NCBI GenBank assembly: GCA_965214835.1
Contig: CBDCCK010000002.1
Coordinates: forward strand, 2,080,001 to 2,144,000
Direction of reading: 5' to 3'
Origin: Nitrosopumilaceae archaeon
Lineage (GTDB): Archaea; Thermoproteota; Nitrososphaeria; Nitrososphaerales; Nitrosopumilaceae
DNA: 64,000 nt
Shown here piece by piece: positions 1 through 11,650 of the stretch. Each line of letters starts with the position of its first letter. The first letter of the stretch is position 1. The notes below the pieces were generated by a model. The model ran no database searches and was not told where the DNA came from. It saw nothing but the letters and a program-made list of their open reading frames with translations. The translations under genes and the position numbers were made by a program.

Positions 1-1
1 C

Positions 2-154
2 GCCATCAATAGTGCAAAACGCATCAGGGAAATTCTGCTGGCCGCGCAAGAAGTTTCTCACGTTGCATCAGAGGAAGGCCTGTCTCCTTTGCCAGTGTCT
101 AAACTAGTTCAAATTGACGTGATAAAAGGCAGGCCAATATATGCCCTCAAGTAA
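2..154 (+). CDS. 3' end of an unknown ORF entering the window
   Basis: Open frame from base 2 (AINSAKRIRE...PIYALK*) whose stop overlaps the start region of the next ORF. Confidence 0.4.
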   Translation, partial: AINSAKRIREILLAAQEVSHVASEEGLSPLPVSKLVQIDVIKGRPIYALK

Positions 155-701
155 AGAAATCGTACTAGTCAAGGATGGCGGTTCATATCCCGACAAGGTC
201 ATGCATGAGGGTGATTCGCTGGGCATAGGTACTCAAACCCATTCCTTCTATTGGAAAAAGGAGGGACCTCAAAACCACGACTATGAACCTCTTGCCATAC
301 TGTCTGCTGAAAGGTGTGGGCTGTCCAGATACCACTATCGAGGATTGGTCGTATGGAAAGACTACACCGTTAAAAACGGCAAGCCGATAGCGTCATTTGC
401 CCGTGTCTGGCACACCCCCGTTCTGTGCTCTGCACATAAGATCACTTATTCTCAGCCATCGGATGTTATTGATCGTTTAAAATTAATTGGGTATTTACTT
501 CCCAAAATCCGACAAATGAGTAAAAACACAGACAAATATTCGGCGCGCGGATATGCTGAGAAAATTGTTGATGACAGGATTCCTCCTGAACGAAAACTCC
601 GATGGAGTGATTTTGACTACTATGTTATGATTGCGCCTTTTTGCGACTATGGAAAACTCCCTGCAAAAATACCTGACAAGATAAACAAATTTGTAATGTG
701 A
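141..701 (+). CDS. hypothetical protein, AT-rich, weak SRA/YDG-like N-terminus
   Basis: 186-aa ORF; GGSYPD..EG and YRG segments resemble SRA-type domains. Confidence 0.5.
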   Translation: MPSSKEIVLVKDGGSYPDKVMHEGDSLGIGTQTHSFYWKKEGPQNHDYEPLAILSAERCGLSRYHYRGLVVWKDYTVKNGKPIASFARVWHTPVLCSAHKITYSQPSDVIDRLKLIGYLLPKIRQMSKNTDKYSARGYAEKIVDDRIPPERKLRWSDFDYYVMIAPFCDYGKLPAKIPDKINKFVM

Positions 702-841
702 CAGCGTATGAGGCACATCCCCTTGTGAACCAAGCGTAAAAATCACATTTGCATACAAATTTGCTCCTAGCTGTTTGAGAGAAGATGACCCCGCACTTCG
801 ATCCCGGTAAATCACATATCCCTAAAAATCGTGGACAAGCG

Positions 842-1093
842 GTGAGGGCCCTGGTGTATGACGAATGTGCAGTAGATGACGATTATTCAAAAATTTTACA
901 GATCAAGGACATTCCTGAACCCGTCCCAAAACCTAACGAAGTTGTTTTTAGAGTCGAGACGGCAGATCTCAACTATGATGATACTTGGGCAATGAGAGGA
1001 AAGCCCTTGGTAGTTCCCTTGTCGCACATCTCTGGCACCGATGCCGCAGGCAAGGTCACCACTGTGGGAGACGACGTTAAAAATTTTGTATGA
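842..1093 (+). pseudogene. zinc-binding (MDR) alcohol dehydrogenase, N-terminal fragment
   Basis: IPEPVPKPNEV..LNY.D.W...G...LSHISGTDAAGKV..VGDDVKNF GroES-like domain, cut by the MITE at 1088. Confidence 0.8.
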
Positions 1094-1180
1094 GGTCACG
1101 TCCCCTTGCTAGCTAGGCACGAAAATCATAATTGTACCTGCCAATTCATGCCTGATTGATAGGGGTAGGTGACCTCGTAC
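1088..1180. mobile_element. IS66-like MITE (family A)
   Basis: TIR GTATGAGGTCAC/GTGACCTCGTAC; 8-bp TSD AAAATTTT; homologous copies at 53164 and 55209. Confidence 0.85.
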
Positions 1181-1269
1181 AAAATTTTAGTCGACAAAGT
1201 TGTCTCATGGAAACATGTCCTGCAAAGTTTGTAGGCACTACACAAGTGGAGAAGAATACAACCACAAAC

Positions 1270-1289
1270 AAAAAAAAAAAAAAAAAAAA
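1270..1289 (+). repeat. A20 homopolymer
   Basis: About 20 consecutive A. Confidence 0.9.
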
Positions 1290-1332
1290 TTGAGGATTTG
1301 AAACCGGTTCGCTCTGGGGAGTGTACTGTGAA

Positions 1333-1604
1333 GGTTCTGTGTAAAATTGGGGATATGGAATCCACTCAAAAATCACTCCGTAGCCCCGTTGAGACTGGCG
1401 TTCTGGATTATCGTCTTCCACTTGTTTGTACCGTCCATGCTTATCAGGGCCGATTCTGCCGGGGTCTGGCCGTCCAGTGCACCGTGCTTTTTTGTATAAT
1501 TACAGTAGACCCTCATCCCGTCAAGGATTGCAGTGTCGGCGGAGGCGGCCTGAAGTGAATTAGGCGACAACCCCTATCTCAGGTGTCTAAGATTACACAG
1601 AACC
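1333..1604 (-). mobile_element. IS6-like internally deleted element
   Basis: TIR GGTTCTGTGTAA/TTACACAGAACC; retains a transposase C-terminus (YNY.K.H.ALDGQTPAE...NKWKTIIQNA-like). Confidence 0.7.
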
Positions 1605-1659
1605 GATGTGGATTAGACTTATTATGTATCAAATCCGACACAATAAAGGTAACAAAATT

Positions 1660-2757
1660 ATGGTAAAGTTCGGGATTCAAAACGGCCTCAATGTGGCAAG
1701 GGCAGGCTATACCGAGGATCAGATCCTGACTGCCTGCATGCTGGCAGACAAGACCGGATATGACTCGATCTTTTACATGGATCACACAAACGTCCCCCAA
1801 TGGAAGAACGCAACGGTGCTGGATCCTTGGGTCATGCTGTCTGCAATCGCTGCAGTCACAAACAACGTCGAGCTGGGCACATGCGTCACCGATGCAATCA
1901 GGCGCCATCCATCAAACATCGCGCTTGCCGCAATCACGCTGGACAGAGTCTCAAAGGGAAGGGCGATTCTGGGCATTGGCGCAGGCGAGGCACAGAACCT
2001 CAAAGAGTTCTGTATTCCGTTTGAAAAGCCGGTCTCAAAATGGGAGGAACAAATCCTGGTCATTAAGACACTATACAGGTCAACGCCGGATAACACTGTA
2101 GACTATGAGGGCAAATACTACAAGCTGGAGGGCGCATGCCTGCAGGCCTCCCCGATTCGAAAGCCGCATCCTCCCACCTACATGGCAGCAGGCGGAAAAA
2201 GAACGCTGGAGATGACCGGAAAGCTGGGAGACGGCTGGCTGCCGATCGGCTACACCCCGGAACTATTCGATGATCACCGGAGACAGATCGTGGCCTCCAT
2301 GGACAAGTATGGCAGGACGCAGGAGGAAAAGGATGGCTTTCAGATGGCCCTGGACATCGATGTCTATTTTTCTGATGACGCAGAGGAGTCGTGGGCAAAG
2401 ATGAAGGAGGCCGTCAAGGTGAGCCTGTTCAAGCCGGAGGTCCTCAGGGTACACCAGCTCAAGGAGATAGAAGGGTTTGACTTTGTCAAGTACTTTACAG
2501 AGTACTCCATGTCCAACCAGGACTGGATCGTCAAGATGCGGGAGGCGGCAACCAAGATTCCAGAGGCCGTGGCAAGATCCTCGACTGCCGTGGGAACCCC
2601 TGACGACGTCATTCCGACCTTTGAGCGGTTCATGGATGTGGGGGTAAACCACTTTGTCATAAGGTTCTGGGGAAAGAACTACTTTGGCTCGATCGACAAG
2701 TTTGCCAGCCACGTGATGCCACATTTGCGCCAAAAGGCAAAAGAAATGAACCTCTAG
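1660..2757 (+). CDS. LLM-class (F420/flavin-dependent) oxidoreductase
   Basis: GYDSIFYMDH, LDPWVMLSAIA, LGIGAG and DGWLP motifs. Confidence 0.92.
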   Translation: MVKFGIQNGLNVARAGYTEDQILTACMLADKTGYDSIFYMDHTNVPQWKNATVLDPWVMLSAIAAVTNNVELGTCVTDAIRRHPSNIALAAITLDRVSKGRAILGIGAGEAQNLKEFCIPFEKPVSKWEEQILVIKTLYRSTPDNTVDYEGKYYKLEGACLQASPIRKPHPPTYMAAGGKRTLEMTGKLGDGWLPIGYTPELFDDHRRQIVASMDKYGRTQEEKDGFQMALDIDVYFSDDAEESWAKMKEAVKVSLFKPEVLRVHQLKEIEGFDFVKYFTEYSMSNQDWIVKMREAATKIPEAVARSSTAVGTPDDVIPTFERFMDVGVNHFVIRFWGKNYFGSIDKFASHVMPHLRQKAKEMNL

Positions 2758-2789
2758 TTTGAAAAACCGTTTATCCAACTAGGAAGCAC

Positions 2790-3020
2790 ATGGCAGACGA
2801 TGACCTGGCAGAGGACATTAGCAAGTCCCTTGACGTCCTAGACGAGAACATAGAGATCCTAGATGATATTGAGGACGATCTTGACGAGGAAAGCGAGGAT
2901 GTGCTGGTAGCCGATGTCGGCCTGTACGAGCTAATAGACATGGGAGAAGACGTCGCAAAAAACGCCCAGATCAAAAAGGCCGAACGCGCATTCTTGAGGC
3001 GGCAAGAGGAGGCCCCTTAA
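2790..3020 (+). CDS. small acidic hypothetical protein
   Basis: 76-aa D/E-rich ORF co-oriented between two genes. Confidence 0.6.
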   Translation: MADDDLAEDISKSLDVLDENIEILDDIEDDLDEESEDVLVADVGLYELIDMGEDVAKNAQIKKAERAFLRRQEEAP

Positions 3021-3033
3021 CTTTTATTACTCG

Positions 3034-3684
3034 ATGGCAGGAAGTCCAGCTATGCAGCTTATTGGGCGACTGCAGATACAGTCTAGGGAAAAAATCATCG
3101 AGTTTTTAGGCCAGGAGCACGTAGGCAGGCTGGCAACCATTGACTCCAACGGCTATCCGCAGGCCGTTCCGATGAACTTTGTCTTCTTTGATGATGCAGT
3201 ATACATGCACTCCCACACCCGCGGGGAAAAGCTTGACAACATCAGGGCAAACCCAAAGTCCGGCTTTGAGGTAGACAGGGAGCTGGAGTTTCTTCCTTCG
3301 TACTTTTTCCACCCCACCGACGCGTCCCGGGCTGATACGCTTTATATCAGCGTGGTAATAAAGGGCGCCTCGACGCTTGTCCGGGATCCGCGGGAAAAGG
3401 CATCGGCACTCAATGCACTGATGCAAAAGTACCAGCCAGAGGGGAAGTACGAGCCGCTGAGGCCCGATATGGACGTCCTAAACCACGTGGCAGTAATCAA
3501 GGTCATGCCCGAGGACATGCGCGGCAAGTACAAGATCGGCCAGACCATGAAGAAGGGCGACCGGACTGACCTGGCACAAAACATCCTGAGGCGGGGCTCC
3601 ACCTCTGCCAGGGAAACACTGCGCCTTATGGGCTTTGAGGTTGCGCCCGACGGCCTGAGGATGACAGAAGAGCCTGTGTGGTAG
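3034..3684 (+). CDS. pyridoxamine 5'-phosphate oxidase-like flavin-binding protein
   Basis: GRLAT..GYP..VPMNFV, HS...GEKLDNI..NP, Y.SVVI.G. Confidence 0.88.
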   Translation: MAGSPAMQLIGRLQIQSREKIIEFLGQEHVGRLATIDSNGYPQAVPMNFVFFDDAVYMHSHTRGEKLDNIRANPKSGFEVDRELEFLPSYFFHPTDASRADTLYISVVIKGASTLVRDPREKASALNALMQKYQPEGKYEPLRPDMDVLNHVAVIKVMPEDMRGKYKIGQTMKKGDRTDLAQNILRRGSTSARETLRLMGFEVAPDGLRMTEEPVW

Positions 3685-3688
3685 GCGC

Positions 3689-3818
3689 GGGGTTGTTTCT
3701 TAATTCCAACTGTCTGACTCGATCTGTATGTTTTTCTGAATTTTCGCCCTTTTGCACGACTGATCCACGTGGCATCTCAACGGTTTTCAGGAATTCTGGC
3801 GAATTAGGAAACAACCCC
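3689..3818. mobile_element. 130-bp MITE (family B)
   Basis: TIR GGGGTTGTTTCTTAATTC/GAATTAGGAAACAACCCC; 9-bp TSD GGTAGGCGC; second copy at 25338. Confidence 0.9.
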
Positions 3819-4027
3819 GGTAGGCGCATGCAGCATCATCAGCTCCGGCTGGGCCCAAAAACACAAAAGCGGCGCGCCCTGATGATCAGTTGCTTTGTGG
3901 GTAGCAAGCCCAAGGGGACATGAGCCCAAAATCCGCCTGATCTGCGGCGGGAAATATCTGCGGGACGGCGCAATCGGAAACCCGCAATCCCAATTGCTTT
4001 AAATTCAGTTTTGAACGATTCAGCTTT

Positions 4028-5971
4028 GTGCAAAAGGCAGCCGAATTTGAACTGGTATCTGAGTTTGCCCCCACAGGCGATCAGCCCCAGGCGATCGAGT
4101 CGCTTGTCCGGGGCGTCAAAAAGGGATCCATCCAGACCCTGCTTGGCGTCACCGGTAGCGGCAAGACATTCTCCGTTGCAAACGTGATTGCACAAACCGG
4201 AAAAAACACCCTGGTAATCTCCCACAACAAGACGCTTGCAGCGCAGCTTTATGCGGAGCTAAAGCAGTTCTTTCCTAGCAACAACGTCGGATATTTTGTT
4301 TCATACTATGACTATTACCAGCCCGAAAGCTACCTGCCCCAGACTGACACCTATATCGAAAAGGACACCCAGATCAACGAAAAGATAGAAAAGATGAGGC
4401 TAGAGGCCACTGCGATGCTCCTGTCCGGCGAGCCGACCGTCATAGTATCGACGGTATCATGCATATACTCGCTTGGAAACCCGGCCGACTGGGCAGACAT
4501 GGCAATTACCATAACTTCCGGCAAGGAGATTCCGCGGGACCGGATCATCAAAAAGCTGGTCAGTGCAAGGTATGAGAGAAACGATACTGAGATGGCCCCC
4601 GGAAACTTTCGCGTCCGGGGCGATACGATAGACATCATCCCCGCCTACTCTGAGGATCTGATCCGCATCTTGATGTTCGGAGACGATATAGAGAGGATCT
4701 CCGTCCTGGATCACGTTTCCCTGCAGGAAAAGCAGGCCATCCCCCAAATCAAGATATTTCCAGCAAAGCACTATCTCATCGCAAAGGACGTGCGCAAGCA
4801 CGCGCTAGAGTCAATCAGGACGGAGCTAAAAAAGCGCCTGCCGGAGCTAGACGAGCTGGGGCGCCAGAGGCTGGAGATGAGGACGGGGTATGACCTGGAG
4901 ATGATCGAGGAGCTGGGATACTGCTCTGGCATTGAGAACTATTCAAGGCACTTTGACGGACGGAGTCCCGGCGAGCAGGCCTTTTGCCTGCTGGACTTTT
5001 TCGGCGACGACTATCTGCTGGTCATAGACGAGTCCCACGTCACGCTGCCGCAGCTGCACGGCATGTACAAGGGCGACCATTCACGCAAAAGGGAGCTGGT
5101 GACCTACGGGTTCAGGCTCCCGAGCGCATATGACAACCGGCCCTTAAAGTTCGAGGAGTTCGAAAAGTACATCACCAATACAATATTCACCTCTGCTACC
5201 CCGGGCCAGTACGAGCGCAACATATCTGAGAACATCTCCGAGCAGCTGGTCAGACCCACCGGACTGGTAGATCCCACCGTCGAGACAAGGCCCACAAAGA
5301 ACCAGATGGACGATCTTATTGCCGAGATCAAAAAGCGCGCAGCAGGTGGACAGAGGGTGCTTGTAACGACGCTTACCAAGAGAATGGCAGAGGATCTGGC
5401 CGAATACCTGTCAAAAATGGACGTCCGCGTGAGATACATGCACTCTGAAATCGAGGGGCTCCAGAGGACGGAGCTCATCAGGCAGCTCCGCCTAGGCGAG
5501 TTTGACGTGCTCGTCGGAATCAACCTCCTCCGGGAGGGACTGGACATCCCAGAGGTGTCACTGGTTGCGATCCTTGATGCCGACAAGGAGGGGTTTTTGA
5601 GAAACAACACCAGCCTGATTCAGACCTTTGGGCGTGCGGCCCGAAATGTCAACGGGGCCGTCATAATGTATGCAGACTCGGTCACCGGCTCCATGAAATC
5701 TGCCATGGAGGAGACTGCCCGGCGCAGGGAGAGGCAGATTGCATACAACAGGGATCACAACATTACTCCGAAGACCATCATAAAGTCCATCCCCGAACAG
5801 ACGGCCGCCCTTGATGAGATAAAGCACAAGTCCGGCCACGATTTACAGGTAGACATAATAGAGCTGGAGGCGCTGATGAAAAAGCATGCCGAGGACCTGG
5901 ACTTTGAGAGGGCAATCGAGTGCAGGGACAGGATCGGCCGCATCAGAAGGGAGATTGAGGGCAAAAAATGA
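4028..5971 (+). CDS. uvrB: excinuclease ABC subunit B
   Basis: [35 protein letters not shown]-terminal UVR domain. Confidence 0.98.
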   Translation: MQKAAEFELVSEFAPTGDQPQAIESLVRGVKKGSIQTLLGVTGSGKTFSVANVIAQTGKNTLVISHNKTLAAQLYAELKQFFPSNNVGYFVSYYDYYQPESYLPQTDTYIEKDTQINEKIEKMRLEATAMLLSGEPTVIVSTVSCIYSLGNPADWADMAITITSGKEIPRDRIIKKLVSARYERNDTEMAPGNFRVRGDTIDIIPAYSEDLIRILMFGDDIERISVLDHVSLQEKQAIPQIKIFPAKHYLIAKDVRKHALESIRTELKKRLPELDELGRQRLEMRTGYDLEMIEELGYCSGIENYSRHFDGRSPGEQAFCLLDFFGDDYLLVIDESHVTLPQLHGMYKGDHSRKRELVTYGFRLPSAYDNRPLKFEEFEKYITNTIFTSATPGQYERNISENISEQLVRPTGLVDPTVETRPTKNQMDDLIAEIKKRAAGGQRVLVTTLTKRMAEDLAEYLSKMDVRVRYMHSEIEGLQRTELIRQLRLGEFDVLVGINLLREGLDIPEVSLVAILDADKEGFLRNNTSLIQTFGRAARNVNGAVIMYADSVTGSMKSAMEETARRRERQIAYNRDHNITPKTIIKSIPEQTAALDEIKHKSGHDLQVDIIELEALMKKHAEDLDFERAIECRDRIGRIRREIEGKK

Positions 5972-8784
5972 GGGAGGAAAAGCTAAAAATCCGGGGCGCC
6001 CGCCACCACAACCTCAAAAACATCGACCTTGACATTCCAAAAAACAGACTTGTCGTAATCAGCGGACTGTCAGGCTCGGGCAAGTCCACGCTTGCCTTTG
6101 ACACCATCTATGCAGAGGGCCAGCGGCGGTATGTAGAGTCCCTTTCTGCATATGCCCGGCAGTTCCTGGAGATGATGGACAAGCCCGACGTTGACTCCAT
6201 CGAGGGCCTCTCCCCTGCCATCTCCATACAGCAAAAGACCACCAACAAGAACCCGCGGTCTACCGTCGGCACGACTACGGAGATCTATGACTATATGAGG
6301 CTGCTCTTTGCCCGGATTGGAGTCCCGCACTGCACCAGCTGCGGCAAAAGGATCTCCACGCAGTCCGTCGATACGATATGCGACTCTGCACTCCGGGACT
6401 TTTCAGGCTCCAAGACCATGGTAATGGCGCCCGTCATACGGCACAAAAAGGGAACCTATGAGAAGCTCTTTGAGCAGATCAAAAGGGACGGCTATTCCAG
6501 GATCAGGCTTGACGGCCAGATAGTCTCACTTGAGGATGACATCCCGGCACTTGACAAGCAGAAATGGCACGATATCGAGATCGTCGTAGACCGAATCCGG
6601 GTTCAAAAGGCGGCGCGCTCGCGCCTGTTTGAGGCAATACAGACTGCACTAAAGGCCGCAAAGGGCGACGTGCTGATATCCTCCGAAAAAAAGGACATGA
6701 CGTTCTCCCAGAACAACGCCTGCCCCCACTGCGGAATCAGCATCGGCGAGCTGGAGCCCAGGACCTTCTCCTTTAACTCGCCTTTTGGGATGTGCAGGGC
6801 CTGCAACGGGCTGGGCGTCAAGCTGGAGTTTGATGCCGATCTGGTGATACCTGACAGATCCAAGACCATCCTTGAGGGGGCAATCGTCCCATGGAGCGGG
6901 AGGTTCTCCTCGTTCAAGCGCCAGTCCCTGCGCGCAGTCGGCAAGGCGTTTGGCTTTGACCTGCTGACCCCCCTTGACAAGCTATCAAAGAGGAACCTTG
7001 AGATAATCCTGCACGGCACCGATACGCTGATAGACTTTGACTATACGTCAAAGTCAGGCGGCTCCTCGTGGCAGTACACCGATGCCTTTGAGGGGGTGCT
7101 GGAGAACCTGCAGAGAAAGTTCCTGGAGACAGAGTCTGAATCAAAGCGGGAGTGGCTAAAGCAGTTCATGCGCGATACCCCCTGCAAGGAATGCGGGGGC
7201 AGGAAGCTGAGGCCAGAGGCGCTGGCAGTAAGAGTCGGTGGCAAGAACATCATGGGCGTCTGTGATCTGTCCGTTGATAGCTGTTATGACTTTTTTACGA
7301 CCCTAAAGCTGGACAAGACCGAGCAGTACATCGCGCGCGACGTCCTCAAAGAAGTCAGGGAGCGGTTGGAGTTTCTCAAAAATGTCGGCCTAAACTACCT
7401 GACCCTCAACAGGCTCAGCTCTACCCTTTCTGGCGGCGAGTCACAGCGAATCCGCCTTGCAACGCAGATCGGCTCGAACCTCACCGGGGTGCTGTATGTC
7501 CTCGACGAGCCGACTATCGGGCTGCACCAGCGCGACAATGCCCGGCTGATAAAGACGCTGAGCAAGCTGCGGAACCTGGGCAACACCGTGATAGTAGTAG
7601 AGCACGACGAGGAGATCATCCGGAGCTCGGACTGGATCGTGGATCTGGGCCCCGGCGCAGGCGTGCACGGGGGCAGCGTCGTCTTTGAGGGGACGCTGGA
7701 GGACATCCTCAACGGGGGCTCCTCTGTGACCGGCAGGTACCTCAAGGACGGCTCCCTCATATCGCTTGCCGACAAGGTCAGAAACCCGGGGGGAAAGATC
7801 ACCGTAAGGGGCGCATCTGAGAACAACCTGAAAAACATCGACGTGGAGTTTCCCCTGGGACTGTTTGTTGCCGTGACCGGCGTCTCGGGATCTGGAAAAT
7901 CGACCCTGATAAACGAGATCCTGCTAAAGTCGCTCAACGAAAAGTTCTACAAGACCAGCGCAAGGCCGGGAAGGCACAGGGACATTCGCGGAACAGGCGA
8001 CATCGACAAGATTATAGCAATCGACCAGTCCCCCATCGGGCGGACCCCGCGCTCAAACCCTGCGACATACATAGGCGCATTCACCCCGATCCGGGAGCTG
8101 TATGCAGGCACAGAGCTCTCAAGGGAGCGCGGGTATGCCCCTGGCCGGTTCTCCTTCAACGTTGCCGACGGCAGGTGCTTTGCATGCGAGGGCGACGGCG
8201 TAAGGCAGATCGAGATGCAGTTTCTATCCGACGTCCTTGTAAGGTGCGACGAGTGCAAGGGAAGGCGCTACAACTCTGAGACCCTTTCTGTCCTGTACAA
8301 GGGAAAAAGCATTGCAGACGTCCTGGAGATGACCGTCTACGAGGCGCTGCAGTTTTTTGGGAACGTTCCCGCAATCCGGCGAAAGCTGCAGACGGTCCAT
8401 GATGTGGGCCTGGGATACATCAAGCTAGGCCAGTCCTCCACCACGCTGTCGGGGGGCGAGGCCCAGCGCGTAAAGCTGGCCTCTGAGCTGTCAAAGCGCG
8501 GCACCGGCAGGACGTTTTACATCCTGGATGAGCCGACGACGGGGCTTCACTTTGCAGACGTCCAGAAGCTACTTGAGGTGCTCAACAGGCTGGCAAATCT
8601 CGGAAACACCGTGCTGGTAATCGAGCACAACATGGACGTCATCAAAAACTCTGACTGGATAATCGATCTGGGCCCCGAGGGTGGCGACGAGGGTGGCAGG
8701 GTTGTCGCCTGCGGCACGCCCGAGCAGGTGGCCAGGGCCCCCGGAAGCTATACCGGAAGGTATCTCAAAAGGCTGCTAAAATGA
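5968..8784 (+). CDS. uvrA: excinuclease ABC subunit A
   Basis: Two ABC cassettes ([21 protein letters not shown] twice), zinc fingers; ATGA overlap. Confidence 0.98.
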   Translation: MREEKLKIRGARHHNLKNIDLDIPKNRLVVISGLSGSGKSTLAFDTIYAEGQRRYVESLSAYARQFLEMMDKPDVDSIEGLSPAISIQQKTTNKNPRSTVGTTTEIYDYMRLLFARIGVPHCTSCGKRISTQSVDTICDSALRDFSGSKTMVMAPVIRHKKGTYEKLFEQIKRDGYSRIRLDGQIVSLEDDIPALDKQKWHDIEIVVDRIRVQKAARSRLFEAIQTALKAAKGDVLISSEKKDMTFSQNNACPHCGISIGELEPRTFSFNSPFGMCRACNGLGVKLEFDADLVIPDRSKTILEGAIVPWSGRFSSFKRQSLRAVGKAFGFDLLTPLDKLSKRNLEIILHGTDTLIDFDYTSKSGGSSWQYTDAFEGVLENLQRKFLETESESKREWLKQFMRDTPCKECGGRKLRPEALAVRVGGKNIMGVCDLSVDSCYDFFTTLKLDKTEQYIARDVLKEVRERLEFLKNVGLNYLTLNRLSSTLSGGESQRIRLATQIGSNLTGVLYVLDEPTIGLHQRDNARLIKTLSKLRNLGNTVIVVEHDEEIIRSSDWIVDLGPGAGVHGGSVVFEGTLEDILNGGSSVTGRYLKDGSLISLADKVRNPGGKITVRGASENNLKNIDVEFPLGLFVAVTGVSGSGKSTLINEILLKSLNEKFYKTSARPGRHRDIRGTGDIDKIIAIDQSPIGRTPRSNPATYIGAFTPIRELYAGTELSRERGYAPGRFSFNVADGRCFACEGDGVRQIEMQFLSDVLVRCDECKGRRYNSETLSVLYKGKSIADVLEMTVYEALQFFGNVPAIRRKLQTVHDVGLGYIKLGQSSTTLSGGEAQRVKLASELSKRGTGRTFYILDEPTTGLHFADVQKLLEVLNRLANLGNTVLVIEHNMDVIKNSDWIIDLGPEGGDEGGRVVACGTPEQVARAPGSYTGRYLKRLLK

Positions 8785-10370
8785 CACTTCGAGCATCCGA
8801 CGTTTCGGCTCCTGCGCACCCCGGGATATACCTGATGAAGGATGAGGACGGGCGGGTCATCTATGTCGGAAAGGCCAAGAATCTCAAGAACCGCGTGCGC
8901 TCGTACTTTGGAAAAAACGTCGACTACAAGACCGGCAAGATGGTCAAAAGCATGGCAGACATCGAGTTTGTCCTGACCGACAACGAGGGCGAGGCATTCA
9001 TCCTAGAGTCAAACATGATCAAAAAGTACCGGCCCCGATTTAACATAGAGCTCAAGGATCAGGAGAGGTACACGTACCTCCGGCTGAGCGATGAAAAATA
9101 TCCGCGGCTACTCGTCGCCCGGAGAACCCGCAGCGGCAGGTTCATCGGCAAGGGCAAGACCTTTGGTCCTTTCACCCATGGCAGCTCCAAGCTCCTGACT
9201 ATAGGCTCTCTGCGCAAGGCCTTTAAGATCAGGATCTGCAAGACCCTGCCAAAGAAGGTGTGCCTGGAGTACCACCTAGGCAACTGCGAGGGGCCCTGTG
9301 AGTTTGCAGGGGCGCAGAAAAACTACCAAAAACACGTCTCGGATCTGCAGGACGTGCTTGGGGGCAAGGATCAGATGAGGACATTCGTCGAAAAGATGTC
9401 CGCTGAGATGCAGTCAGCATCAGACTCTGGGGACTTTGAGCGGGCCATCGAGATCCGCGACACCCTGAGGCGGCTGGGCAGCCTGCAAGACAGCCAGAAG
9501 ATGGATTATATAGAGAACTCCGACGAGGAGTACTTTGGGATTATAGTCAGGGAGCAGCACGCCGTGGTCATGACGTTTAGAAAAATAAACGGGGTCATCC
9601 GCGACAGCGAGAGGTTTGCCTTTGATGCGATTGCCGATAATACGTTTGGGAGCTTTCTTTACCAGTACTATACCACCAGGAGGATTCCCAGGCTGGTTCT
9701 GGTCAGCTCCTCCCCAGAGGATCCGTCGACGCTTGCACGGCTGCTCTCAGAAAAGGCAGGACATGGCGTCAGGATTGTCACCCCAAGGCGGGGGCGGCAC
9801 AGGGAGATGATCAACCTGATCCTCAAAAACATCGAGCTGGTCCACTCCGAGGGAGGGCCACCGGCACTGGCCGAGCTGCAAAGGCACCTAGGGCTGCAGC
9901 AGGCCCCCCGGACAATCGAGTGCTTTGATATATCAAACCACGGCGAGTCCTTTGCCGTCGGCGCCATGTCAAGATTCGTCGACGGCAGGCCCGACAAGTC
10001 CGGCTATCGCCGGTTCAAGATCAAGTCCGTCAAGGGGCGCGACGACTATGCGATGATAAGCGAGGTCGTCAAGCGCAGGTACCTCAGGCTGCTTGAGGAA
10101 AAGCAGGAGCTGCCAGATCTGATCCTCATAGACGGCGGCAGGGGCCAGCTTGGCTCTGCTGTTGATGCGCTTGCCGGTCTGGGAGCCTGCATCCCGTGTG
10201 CGTCGCTGGCCAAGGAAAACGAGGAGGTGTTCGTACCAGGGCGCAAAGACCCCCTAGTCATCCCGAGATCCGAGGAATCCCTTAAAGTCTTGCAGCACGC
10301 GCGCGATGAGGCCCACAGGTTCGGTGTAGCATACAACCGGAAGATCAGGGAGATGGGCATCGGAAAATAG
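8781..10370 (+). CDS. uvrC: excinuclease ABC subunit C (no C-terminal HhH)
   Basis: GIY..YVGKAKNL..R GIY-YIG domain, FDISN, IDGG.GQL, RDEAHRF. Confidence 0.97.
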   Translation: MTLRASDVSAPAHPGIYLMKDEDGRVIYVGKAKNLKNRVRSYFGKNVDYKTGKMVKSMADIEFVLTDNEGEAFILESNMIKKYRPRFNIELKDQERYTYLRLSDEKYPRLLVARRTRSGRFIGKGKTFGPFTHGSSKLLTIGSLRKAFKIRICKTLPKKVCLEYHLGNCEGPCEFAGAQKNYQKHVSDLQDVLGGKDQMRTFVEKMSAEMQSASDSGDFERAIEIRDTLRRLGSLQDSQKMDYIENSDEEYFGIIVREQHAVVMTFRKINGVIRDSERFAFDAIADNTFGSFLYQYYTTRRIPRLVLVSSSPEDPSTLARLLSEKAGHGVRIVTPRRGRHREMINLILKNIELVHSEGGPPALAELQRHLGLQQAPRTIECFDISNHGESFAVGAMSRFVDGRPDKSGYRRFKIKSVKGRDDYAMISEVVKRRYLRLLEEKQELPDLILIDGGRGQLGSAVDALAGLGACIPCASLAKENEEVFVPGRKDPLVIPRSEESLKVLQHARDEAHRFGVAYNRKIREMGIGK

Positions 10371-10384
10371 AATGGGCCGGCTTG

Positions 10385-11143
10385 CCTGGACTGGGCCTGC
10401 CACAGTTCTCATACGAGTCGTATGCAGAATCCAGCGCCGCGGTGCCGCATCCGCCCCGGGGGATGCGGCCGAACATGCGGGCAAGCTCCGGCGAGTCGCC
10501 CGACGTGCCCGGCGTGGCCTCGAATGACAGTATCCTGCCCCCGATTGCGCCTACTATGCGCAGCTTTGCAAAGTCGTGCCCGGTCATCTCGCCATATTTT
10601 GCGTGGTGCCAGCTCCTGTACTTGCGGAGGCCGAACCCCGCCGGGCCGCCGTGCAGGTCCGCTGTGCGCTCGCCATCTGACACGGCCGGCACTGCCCCGT
10701 CCATAAAGCCCTTGCCCATGTCCCAGAGCATCTTCATCCTGTTGTGCAGGGTGGACTTTGAGAGCGCGCAGTCCAGGCCGCACCTCCTGAGATCGTCCGG
10801 GTTTGTCTCCAGATGCGTGGCCATCCCCCTGTAGGACAGGCCGTTTTCGATTCTGAGGATCGCGATGCGTATGGCAGACCACGCAAGACGGGCGTCGATT
10901 CCCGTCTTGTCTGCCATCTTCCTGGCCACCCTGCGCACGATCCCTCCCAGATTCTTCCTTGCCCTCTTCTTGCGGGAGCTCTCCTGCCTGCGCTTCTGCT
11001 CGCAGGGCCGGTAGTATTCCGTGTTCTTTCTGTCATTGCTCATCATAATAGCCGGGATCGGCTGATCAAAGTCGTTTTCGGTGCCGTGCGCCCATGATCT
11101 ATAAGCTTGGCGGTCATTTTGCGGAAATTTTTTGGACAATCTC
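10385..11143 (-). mobile_element. truncated IS5-type element (left end and partial transposase)
   Basis: Inverted near-copy of 11651-12385; TIR GAGATTGTCCAAAAAATTTCC; LDSAYDS motif. Confidence 0.85.
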
Positions 11144-11214
11144 AGGTGACCTCGTACGCTTTTTTATGTGTCGGCTACAGATTCCAGAGTCTGAGCTGTT
11201 ACACAGTTTGTTTG

Positions 11215-11480
11215 TCAGTCCTTGCCGTATGCTGACTTGTGGTCACAGACCCTGATAAACTCTATCGTCTTGCCCAATTGACGTTGTAGATTATTCTGTA
11301 TTTACGGCCTATTTCATACGAGAACACTCTTTTGCCTTGCTTGTATTTTCCAAGCAGTGCCGGATTGTCTGCTGCAAGCAAATTCGATACTGCATACTCG
11401 GCGCGCTTTTTTGTCTTGGAATCCAATCTGCCAAACTGTCTAGCAAAGACCGGACGCCTGTTAGGAATCCAAGTACTCAA
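11215..11480 (-). pseudogene. RelE/ParE-like toxin, frameshifted
   Basis: F.RQF..LD...YEIGRKYRIIYNV; the C-terminus KTIEFIRVCDHKSAYGKD* lies in another frame after ~11272. Confidence 0.75.
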
Positions 11481-11605
11481 GCATTATGCAACTCTTCAAG
11501 AAACTTTTGAACCGTTGTTGTCCTTCTGTCATCTGATGTATAAAACTCATCAATGTCCTTTTCCTCCTCGGGACTGAGATCGTCGGTCTGACTTGTTTTG
11601 GACAT
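11477..11605 (-). CDS. putative small acidic antitoxin
   Basis: 42 aa (MSKTSQTDDLSPEEEKDIDEF...FLEELHNA) overlapping the toxin start. Confidence 0.65.
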   Translation of the reverse strand: MSKTSQTDDLSPEEEKDIDEFYTSDDRRTTTVQKFLEELHNA

Positions 11606-11650
11606 GTGTTTGATACCCACTGCCACATTAAAAAAGATTTGGAAGCCGGT

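Noticed and set aside
1080-1188. Apparent 20-bp inverted repeat extending beyond the MITE
   Set aside because: Explained by a palindromic 8-bp TSD (AAAATTTT)
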